A stretch of DNA of 64,000 nucleotides from Candidatus Cloacimonadota bacterium. Lineage in GTDB: Bacteria > Cloacimonadota > Cloacimonadia > JGIOTU-2. Every line of letters begins with the position of its first letter. Position 1 is the first letter of the stretch. The stretch lies in the NCBI GenBank assembly GCA_016932035.1, contig JAFGDR010000023.1:9775-73774 (forward strand), in the 5' to 3' direction. The notes under the pieces are model-generated. The model did no database searches, was not told the origin of the DNA, and saw nothing but the letters and a program-made list of their open reading frames with translations. Shown in pieces: positions 1-8,342 of this stretch. Both the position numbers and the translations under genes were made by a program.

Positions 1-15
1 CTGAGAGAATCGCAT
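1..15 (-). CDS. 5' end of a gene running off the left edge (MRFSQ...), possibly prolyl-tRNA synthetase
   Basis: ATG at 15-13 on the minus strand, GGAGG RBS at 25-21 and TTGACA at 71-66. Only 5 codons are visible; an MRxSQ start resembles ProS, but this is weak. Confidence 0.35.
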
Positions 16-196
16 GAATGCCTCCAATAAGAATTTGCATTCAACTTTTTTTTGCAGTGTTGCAGTGTCAAGAAAAGCAAGATATTAGCATTACTTAGAA
101 AGAAATATCATTTTGTTTGTATTCTCTCATTATTCAACTTCTTGACAAAAAAACCCTCCCTGTTAACAACAACTCAAAATCCAAAGGGGAGGTCGC

Positions 197-3100
197 GTGA
201 AAAATGTTTTTTTCACGGGCATACTTTTTATGCTCCTGCTGCCATTAAGTGTAACGGCACTTGATATACAATCCACTGATACCAATCTCTTAATTACAGG
301 AAAATTCGATCCATGTACTGTTGAGACAGAAAAAAGGGGAGAGTCTCAATTCTGCTCGCTTAGTATAGACGGTTATGCTTCAACAGGAGAGCCGGGCAAA
401 GCTTCATTGCCTGTTTTTTCTCAACTCTTTGCATTACCACCATCCGGAAGTTACATGTTATCTGATTTTTCTTTCACATATGATGAACAGGTCATAGATG
501 AAAAGATACGGCCTTTCGGTTGGGAAGATGATCTCACTCTTGATGAAGATTTTTACAAACAAGATGAATGGTATCCCAATGAAATAGTAACCATCGGCTC
601 ACCGGTTATCATGCGGGGATATAGATTCTGCCAGATTTCGATCGCAGCTGTTCAGTACAATCCTGCACAGAACATGATACGAACTCTAAAAGATATCAAA
701 GCAGAGTTTGAACTTGATACATCAAACGATGAAAATCCTTTAACAGATACTAAAAACAGGTCGTCATACTCATTTTCAAAAATTGCATCAGAACATATTT
801 ATGGAATGAGTAAGGACGGCATCAACGATAATGGAAGCTATCTCATCATAACACCAGACGCTTGTGCATATTCACTTGAATTACTGGCTGAGTGGAAGAG
901 AAAACTTGGTCATGAGGTGACCATCACACTCCTCTCTGAAATAGGAGCTTCACCTGATAATTATGATATAAAAGACTACATTCAGAACGCCTATCTTTCG
1001 TGGGATGTTCCCCCGGAATTCGTTATTCTCGTTGGAGATGTTACAGGTAATTTTATAATGCCATCATTTTATGTTGATGGGTATTTGACACCATACGATG
1101 TCTCAGATCATCCATATACACTCCTTGATGGAACGGACTATTTTCCTGATATTTATATCGGTCGTATTTCAATTCAAAGTTTAATGAACCTGAATACTAT
1201 TATTACAAAAATTATTACGTATGAAAGTACTTATATTGCAGGAAATTGGTATGATGAAGCACTCATGATATCCTGTATCGATCCTGAGTATGGTATGTTT
1301 ACACACTATATTACGAAATTAAATATTGGAACAAAGCTTTATTATGATGGTTTCAACCAGGTTGATTTCTTTACGTATCCGATGAATGTCGGCATTCCTC
1401 AGTTAATCAGCATGATCGATGACGGGTACACATTGATCAATTTCAGAGGTTTTGGGAGTCCGCTCTATTGGTGCAACTCCTATGGGTATCACTTTTTAAA
1501 TTCATCTGATTTGCCCTCTTTGAATAACGGTTTCATGCTTCCCATGCTAACGAGTATGACCTGCGGCGGGGGTGACTTCGCTTTCACCGAAGCAGACCAA
1601 TGTTTCGGTGAATTATGGATGGCAGAAGGTACACCCTCAAATCCAAGAGGTTCAATCGGATTTATTGGACCGAGTGAATGGGACACAAAAACTCCATGGA
1701 ATAATTGTAATGATATGGGAATCTATCAGGGTATCACACAGGAAGATCTCTTTCGATGCGGCGAGATGATGCTTCGCGGAAAGATGGAACTTTATAATAA
1801 TTATCCTCACAACCATGCCTGGGGTGGTTCACTCGATTCTGATCAATTCTATTTTTATGTGTACAACCTGCTCGGTGATCCAGGATTGCAGGTTTGGACT
1901 GATGAACCAAAAGATATTACGGTTATCACTGAAGATGAAATATCTGATATGCAAAATTATCTGGTTGTGGAAATTGATGTTGATGATGAAAAATCAGACT
2001 TCATGGTTTCCCTTACAAAAGATGGAGCACTTATCACAAAAGGTATGACTGATGAAAATGGCAGTGTAACACTCTTTGCTGATTTTCTTGTTGATTCATA
2101 CCAGGTAACAGCATCGAAGTATGAATTTCTTCCTGAGGTCGTTAATATATCTGTCAATGCAGAAAGCCAACTTGACGTGACTGAAGTTACTTTCATCGAT
2201 GATCCAATTTCAGGTACTGATGCTGAGTATTCTGTTACGCTTGATAATCCTAATCTCATTAATGCCGAAGATATTGAAATAATGATCTCGACTGATGAAG
2301 AAGCTGTAACAGTCATTACAGACAGCGCTTACGTGCAGAATATCCCAGTAGGTGCATCACATACCTTTGAAAATCTCCTTCTAAGCATTAATGAAAAATG
2401 GGCGGCTGGTAAAACCGCGAATGTTGACGTGAATATCAGCTCTAATTTTGGAGATCAGTCATATATCATTCCGGTAGAGATAGTGAGTCCTGAGCTTGTT
2501 CTTATGGACTTTCTCGTTCAAAATGCAGATACCTGTCTCATTCAAAACCAACAAGATAACGTCATCATCAAACTTACAAATACAGGTGATGTGCAAACAG
2601 GATATATCAGCGCGACTCTTTTGTGTACAAATGGTAAAGCTGATGTCATCCAGGATGTCAGTTTCTATAACTCAATAGCAGTTGGAGAAACAGGGTCAAA
2701 TCTTGTATATTTCTCTGTATTACCGGATGAAGTAATAACAGGTGAGATCGCCCAGTTCGAGTTAGAGATTACGAAAAATGACTCTATTGTACAAACTCTT
2801 CAATTCTCAATACCTATTGGCTTAATAGAAGAAACGAGCCCAACCTTCTCAAATTATGGGTACTATGCAATTGAAAGTTCAGATACAGGATTTTTCAATG
2901 CTCCGGTATATGATTGGGTAGAACTCAATCCTGCAATGGGAGGACAGGGGATACCTGTTTGGGGAGATTATACATCGGTCGATGGATACACAAAAATTCT
3001 CAATCTGCCTTTTGGATTTACGTATTTCGGGAACTTTTATGAAACGATATCAATATCATCAAGCGGTTGGCTTTCAATGGGAGAAGAAATAATTTATCAC

Positions 3101-5110
3101 AGGAACAGGACAATACCCTCCGGATGTGGACCTTCAGCGATGATCGCACCATTCTGGGATAACCTGCAGAATGGGATCATTTTTTCGTGGTTTGATCAGG
3201 ATGAGCATAGATACATTATTGAATGGCAGGCATTTGAAAATTTTTATGATCCCAGTGTAAAAGAAACGTTTGAAGTTATTTTGTATGATCCGGAATATTA
3301 CCCGACTCCAACAGGCGACGGCGAGATTCTGTTCCAGTACCAGACAATATCAAATGTTGATCAGGACGAGAACTATGCGACCGTTGGCATTGAGAATTTT
3401 CCTCAAACGGATGGTGTTCTCATGACCTATGCAAATATCTATGCACCAACTGCACATACCCTCCAGAATGAAACTGCCATTCTTTTCACAATAAAAGAAG
3501 GACCTGATATTCCGCTCCTTGAGATCGCACCGCAGCAGCTGGAATTTACCATTCCTCAGGATACTACTGAAACTGCATATCTGACACTTACGAATTCATC
3601 AACACAAGAGTTATCATATTGGATAGAATCATCTCATTTTTCACGGGATGAAGCAAAGGAAGGCGGCAAAAGTATCGAGAACGACTTTATTCTCTGTACA
3701 ACAGCATCATATGTTCCCGTCATTCCTATTCAGATTCTGTGCTATCTTTATCATAACAGTCCGGATGATGAACCAGTTTACGGTGTTCGTCTGGACTTCT
3801 CTGATGGTGTGTTCGTGAACACCGCAGACAATGTGGCATCTCTTAACTATAATGGAGAAACAGGAATGGGAGCTTCTGTTACCTGGGGCTTCGGGAATGG
3901 AACTCCCGTTTATATTTCAGGGGTGCATGGATTCCAGATCAATGTTACTATAGATCCAAGTATTACAGGACCGATCGAAGTTGGATGGTATCTCGAAGGT
4001 GACGGTTCAGGAACTGCTCCACATTCAAAAGAAGGAACCTTTACACTACAACCTTCAACCAATTCATATCTATGGATGGACTATCCCGATGGGGGAGAAA
4101 CACTTGTTTACAGTACAATAGATACGATCAGATGGTTTACCTATGGATCGATTGATAATGTGTCGGTTTATCTTTCACGAGATAACTGTAATACATGGGA
4201 AACACTAGCCGAAAATATCCCGAATACTAACGAATTAGCATATACAGTTGCTGGTGTACTTTCTGATAATTGCAGGATCAAAGTTCAGAATACTAATGGA
4301 TCACAGAATGATATGTCGGATAATACATTCTCAATCAATATATTCGATATTACTCATCCTGAAAATGGTGAAGTACTGGAATATAATACATTGGATACTC
4401 TTATATGGTATTATACAGGTATTTATCAAAATGTGATACTCCAATTCTCTCCTAATAACGGCTATACCTGGGAAACGATCAACAACGAAATGCCTAATGC
4501 TGGTACTTATGAATATACTGTCCCGGGTCCTCCCTCACGATGGTGTGCATTCAGGATCATTTCACCTGATTATACAACATCAAACAGAACTTTGGGAGTC
4601 TTCACGATTGTAGACACACCGATTGGCTGGCTGCAGGTTGGTGCGTCATCAGGAACACTTGAACCTGGAGGTTCAGCGCTCATTCCGATACACGTCAATA
4701 CAACAGAATTAGAAGCAGGATATTACGAAGCATATGTCTGTGTTACCTCTCAAATAGGGCAGAAGATCAACATTCCTATTATGCTGGAAGTAAGTTATGG
4801 CAATGATGATGAACCTCAAGAAGATGTCGCAAATACTACGATATATCCTAATCCATTTATTTCTTCTGCTACGATTTCGTATTACAAAACTAAGAATTCC
4901 CAAGATCATGTAGAAATTATCATTTATAACATAAAGGGTCAACTGATTAGGGAAATTGAAGATATACATTCACAGCAGGGAGTAAATGAAGTAGTATGGA
5001 ATGGTAAAGATCGCTATGGAAAAAGCGTTTCATCAGGTTTGTACTATTATCAGATAAAAGTTGGAAACGAAATAATTGGAACGAATAAATGTCTTCTCAT
5101 GAGAGAATAG
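197..5110 (+). CDS. Secreted C25 (gingipain-like) family protein with propeptide, Ig/CARDB-like domains and T9SS/FlgD-Ig C-terminal domain
   Basis: Signal peptide; C25 hallmarks YLIITP, FVILVGD, SDHPYTLLDG-DYFPDIYIGR and YNLLGDP; C-terminus YPNPF...IYNIKGQLIR...WNG...SGLYYY; GGAGG RBS before the GTG start. Confidence 0.85.
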   Translation: MKNVFFTGILFMLLLPLSVTALDIQSTDTNLLITGKFDPCTVETEKRGESQFCSLSIDGYASTGEPGKASLPVFSQLFALPPSGSYMLSDFSFTYDEQVIDEKIRPFGWEDDLTLDEDFYKQDEWYPNEIVTIGSPVIMRGYRFCQISIAAVQYNPAQNMIRTLKDIKAEFELDTSNDENPLTDTKNRSSYSFSKIASEHIYGMSKDGINDNGSYLIITPDACAYSLELLAEWKRKLGHEVTITLLSEIGASPDNYDIKDYIQNAYLSWDVPPEFVILVGDVTGNFIMPSFYVDGYLTPYDVSDHPYTLLDGTDYFPDIYIGRISIQSLMNLNTIITKIITYESTYIAGNWYDEALMISCIDPEYGMFTHYITKLNIGTKLYYDGFNQVDFFTYPMNVGIPQLISMIDDGYTLINFRGFGSPLYWCNSYGYHFLNSSDLPSLNNGFMLPMLTSMTCGGGDFAFTEADQCFGELWMAEGTPSNPRGSIGFIGPSEWDTKTPWNNCNDMGIYQGITQEDLFRCGEMMLRGKMELYNNYPHNHAWGGSLDSDQFYFYVYNLLGDPGLQVWTDEPKDITVITEDEISDMQNYLVVEIDVDDEKSDFMVSLTKDGALITKGMTDENGSVTLFADFLVDSYQVTASKYEFLPEVVNISVNAESQLDVTEVTFIDDPISGTDAEYSVTLDNPNLINAEDIEIMISTDEEAVTVITDSAYVQNIPVGASHTFENLLLSINEKWAAGKTANVDVNISSNFGDQSYIIPVEIVSPELVLMDFLVQNADTCLIQNQQDNVIIKLTNTGDVQTGYISATLLCTNGKADVIQDVSFYNSIAVGETGSNLVYFSVLPDEVITGEIAQFELEITKNDSIVQTLQFSIPIGLIEETSPTFSNYGYYAIESSDTGFFNAPVYDWVELNPAMGGQGIPVWGDYTSVDGYTKILNLPFGFTYFGNFYETISISSSGWLSMGEEIIYHRNRTIPSGCGPSAMIAPFWDNLQNGIIFSWFDQDEHRYIIEWQAFENFYDPSVKETFEVILYDPEYYPTPTGDGEILFQYQTISNVDQDENYATVGIENFPQTDGVLMTYANIYAPTAHTLQNETAILFTIKEGPDIPLLEIAPQQLEFTIPQDTTETAYLTLTNSSTQELSYWIESSHFSRDEAKEGGKSIENDFILCTTASYVPVIPIQILCYLYHNSPDDEPVYGVRLDFSDGVFVNTADNVASLNYNGETGMGASVTWGFGNGTPVYISGVHGFQINVTIDPSITGPIEVGWYLEGDGSGTAPHSKEGTFTLQPSTNSYLWMDYPDGGETLVYSTIDTIRWFTYGSIDNVSVYLSRDNCNTWETLAENIPNTNELAYTVAGVLSDNCRIKVQNTNGSQNDMSDNTFSINIFDITHPENGEVLEYNTLDTLIWYYTGIYQNVILQFSPNNGYTWETINNEMPNAGTYEYTVPGPPSRWCAFRIISPDYTTSNRTLGVFTIVDTPIGWLQVGASSGTLEPGGSALIPIHVNTTELEAGYYEAYVCVTSQIGQKINIPIMLEVSYGNDDEPQEDVANTTIYPNPFISSATISYYKTKNSQDHVEIIIYNIKGQLIREIEDIHSQQGVNEVVWNGKDRYGKSVSSGLYYYQIKVGNEIIGTNKCLLMRE

Positions 5111-5135
5111 CATAAACAAAACAATTAATTATACC

Positions 5136-5170
5136 TGAAGGCGATATTGGCGAATATCGCCTTCATTTTT
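5136..5170 (+). terminator. Rho-independent terminator
   Basis: Perfect 13-bp inverted repeat TGAAGGCGATATT-GGCG-AATATCGCCTTCA followed by TTTTT. Confidence 0.85.
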
Positions 5171-5286
5171 CGGGAATTAAATTGATTATAATAATATCCT
5201 CATTTAAGATACTCGACCTATTTACTATTTCTTGACAAATATTTCATACGAGATTTCGAAGCATTTAAGCATCGTGGAGGTGTGAA

Positions 5287-6828
5287 ATGAGTAGAAAAAA
5301 AATTATATTTGGTGTGGTTTTAATTCTTTTTTGTACGAGTCTGCTTTCAGCACAGGTAAATTTTCAGCATGTCTGCACATTGCATAAACCCAGTTCGGGA
5401 ATCAGTTATCAAGTTACTCAACTATTTGATTATGATAATAACGATATTGATGAAATAATTACACAATATTATGATGTGGATCAGTATCTTCAGTATATTA
5501 TTATCTCTGATATTTCAGGAACTATTATAGATTCGATCGTTATTGATGATTGGTTTTTTTATGATGAATATGTTGTTAGTGATGAAGTAATCTTATTCAA
5601 TAAAAGTGGAGTGAATGTTATTATGAGAGCTCAAGTTCCATATTTTCAAGGAAGATTAAGATTTTCACTTCAAGATTGTGAAACCCTTTCTTACATTGAT
5701 TCTCTGAATATCTTTCCTTTAAACAACAGCATGTTTTCAGAAGTATTTATTATTGATTTTTATCAAAATGATAATGAGGATATTTTTCTTGTAGGAGCAA
5801 ATGAATTTAGTTTTTTTGCTAAGGAAGATCCCAACCATACATGTTTGTTTAAGTTCAAGATTGATAATGATTCTTTGAATTATATTGATGGATATTATAA
5901 TACTGGGATGACCTGTGTTCATCCAGATAATATCGTACTTCTTTCTGTTGGTAAATATTCTTATGCTTCAGTTGGTTCAGGTGTGTCTTGTTTTAGTTAT
6001 TACTACTTGCAAAAAATAACAAAAGTCGAGCCAATCTTACAAACACAACTTCATTCTACAGGAGGTAATGTTGTTTGGGAAAAAGATTCGAAAGAAACAT
6101 ATTACCATTATCCAAAAAATTATGATGTTATCACAAAAAACAATCAAGATGATTCACCGCAGGTTCTACAATATCGCAGGCTCGATTCGGACGATGGAAC
6201 ATCTGTTCATTTTAAAGCGTATGAAACCATAAACTGGCAAGAGATTTGGTCTAAAGAAGATTCACAAATTGGCTTAGGAAAAATAACTGCATCAAGTTGT
6301 GTTCAGGTAAACAATGAAGACCATTATGTGATGTATTTCAGGGGTGATAAGCTTGAAATAAGAGACAGATTGAATGGTAACATCATTCATCACCAGGATT
6401 CTGTACTTGCAGTATGTGACATACTCAGAAAAAGCGATGGGGACCTTCTCTTCTTTGTAGAAAAAGATGATGAAACCGGTTACGATGTTTACTCTCTCGA
6501 TGGACCTATCTTCGTTTCAAATGATGAACCACCTACACAAAATGAATTCGTAATTGAACAGTATCCGAATCCATTTAAAAATGACATAACCTTTTCCTTC
6601 TCATCAAAAGAACCGACTCAAAATGTTGGGATAAAGATTTATAATATCAAGGGTCAATTGGAAAGAGCACTCCGCTTCAACACTTCTTCGCTTTCTCGCT
6701 TTCACACTGTCATTTGGGATGGACGCGATAACAGCGGAAATGCAGTTTCACAAGGCGTTTATCTCTATCGCATAAATTTAAATAAACAAGAAATTTCCGG
6801 TAAAATTATTAAACTCGATGAGGAGTAG
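5287..6828 (+). CDS. Secreted protein with T9SS/FlgD-Ig C-terminal domain (paralog 1)
   Basis: Signal peptide, GGAGG RBS, C-terminal YPNPF...IYNIKGQL...WDG...GVYLY motif. Confidence 0.8.
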   Translation: MSRKKIIFGVVLILFCTSLLSAQVNFQHVCTLHKPSSGISYQVTQLFDYDNNDIDEIITQYYDVDQYLQYIIISDISGTIIDSIVIDDWFFYDEYVVSDEVILFNKSGVNVIMRAQVPYFQGRLRFSLQDCETLSYIDSLNIFPLNNSMFSEVFIIDFYQNDNEDIFLVGANEFSFFAKEDPNHTCLFKFKIDNDSLNYIDGYYNTGMTCVHPDNIVLLSVGKYSYASVGSGVSCFSYYYLQKITKVEPILQTQLHSTGGNVVWEKDSKETYYHYPKNYDVITKNNQDDSPQVLQYRRLDSDDGTSVHFKAYETINWQEIWSKEDSQIGLGKITASSCVQVNNEDHYVMYFRGDKLEIRDRLNGNIIHHQDSVLAVCDILRKSDGDLLFFVEKDDETGYDVYSLDGPIFVSNDEPPTQNEFVIEQYPNPFKNDITFSFSSKEPTQNVGIKIYNIKGQLERALRFNTSSLSRFHTVIWDGRDNSGNAVSQGVYLYRINLNKQEISGKIIKLDEE

Positions 6829-6830
6829 TT

Positions 6831-8342
6831 ATGAAAAAAATATTTCTTCCCGTTTTGATTCTTGTCCTTTTCGCAAGCATTGTTTCGGCAGATGTGCAAT
6901 TTCAGTATGAGTTTACGATCGATAAATTTAATAGTAATGATATACTCCAAAAAGTATATTTATTCGATTATAATAATGACGGAATTGATGATTATGCAAT
7001 CGACTATAGTTGCTACGAAGCGTATGGATTGTTTTATAAATATGTATCAGGATTATACAATAGCGAAGGTGCTCTATTTGATGAACTACATCCAGATTGG
7101 TACGAAAGATATTATTTTTTTCAAAACTACAATTTAGAAAATAGATCAATCTTTATTCATTCTCTGGACGATTCGCTTTTTATCCAGTTAAAGGAATATA
7201 ATACTGGCAGTATTCTCGATTCTATTAAAATTACTATTACAGAAGGTCATTTTTTCACTTATATAACTGATGTAAATTCAAAAGTGTTAAATGACACTAC
7301 GTATCTTTTCGTTGGTGCTATGAAGAAATGGAATTATATTGGAGATGAATACTTTACATCATATTTTTTTATTTTAAAGATTGTTGAAGATGAAATATTT
7401 CATCAGGAAGGCATTGAGAATAGTGGATTCAATAGTATTAATGCGAATAACAAAAATTTAAGTATCGGATTTTTTTATGATAATCTTGATAATGCTGCTT
7501 ATGGCTCTGAAACTTTTAATTATTATTTAAAATGTACATCATTCCAAGATAGTAATTCAGTTGAATCGTTGCATTATGCTGGAGGTTTGCTGTACTACAC
7601 AACACCCAACGAATGGAATCATTGCCCTCAAAATTACGAGATACTTACAAAAAATCCTCTAGGTGATTATCCCCATGTTCTGTATTACCAGCAGTATGAT
7701 AGTGAAGATGGAGATTCTGTCTTTTTCTATGCTTACGATCTTGATATTCCGGAAAAGGTGTGGTCAAGAGAGGATACATTATTAAATGATAGTAAGATAA
7801 CAGCATCAACCTGCGTAATGGTCAATGATGAAGTCCATTACGTTATGTACTTCTATGACAATCATACACTTGAAATACGAGACCGTTTAAACGGCAATAT
7901 AGTGCATCAACAGGATTCGGTTTTTATAGTAAGCGATATTTTAAGAAAAAGTAATGGTGACCTGCTTTTCTTTGTAGAAAAGAATGATGAAACAGGTTAT
8001 GATGTCTATTCATTCGATGGACCGATATTTGTTTCAAATGATGAATCACCTACACAAAATGAATTCGTGATTGAACAGTTTCCGAATCCCTTTAGGAATC
8101 ATATTACGTTCTCTTTCAAATCAAAAGAACTAATACAAAATGCTGAGATAAAGATTTATAATATCAAAGGACAACTGATTCAAGAGCTTCACCCTTTCTC
8201 CTCATCACCACTTCACCATTTCGAATCAACGTGGGATGGAAACGATAAACATGGACAGAAAGTAACTCCTGGTCTGTATTTGTATCAGGTTCTCATCAAT
8301 GGGGAGCAAAAAGCAGAAAGGAAATGCCTGTTGATTGAATAA
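6831..8342 (+). CDS. Secreted protein with T9SS/FlgD-Ig C-terminal domain (paralog 2)
   Basis: Signal peptide and CTD motif; shares the block TAS.C..VN.E.HYVMYF...LEIRDRLNGNI.H.QDS...ETGYDVYS.DGPIFVSNDE with the upstream gene. Confidence 0.8.
   Translation: MKKIFLPVLILVLFASIVSADVQFQYEFTIDKFNSNDILQKVYLFDYNNDGIDDYAIDYSCYEAYGLFYKYVSGLYNSEGALFDELHPDWYERYYFFQNYNLENRSIFIHSLDDSLFIQLKEYNTGSILDSIKITITEGHFFTYITDVNSKVLNDTTYLFVGAMKKWNYIGDEYFTSYFFILKIVEDEIFHQEGIENSGFNSINANNKNLSIGFFYDNLDNAAYGSETFNYYLKCTSFQDSNSVESLHYAGGLLYYTTPNEWNHCPQNYEILTKNPLGDYPHVLYYQQYDSEDGDSVFFYAYDLDIPEKVWSREDTLLNDSKITASTCVMVNDEVHYVMYFYDNHTLEIRDRLNGNIVHQQDSVFIVSDILRKSNGDLLFFVEKNDETGYDVYSFDGPIFVSNDESPTQNEFVIEQFPNPFRNHITFSFKSKELIQNAEIKIYNIKGQLIQELHPFSSSPLHHFESTWDGNDKHGQKVTPGLYLYQVLINGEQKAERKCLLIE

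Noticed and set aside
5287..8342. Diversity-generating retroelement target/template pair
   Set aside because: There is no reverse transcriptase, the differences are not adenine-specific, and both copies are full genes.
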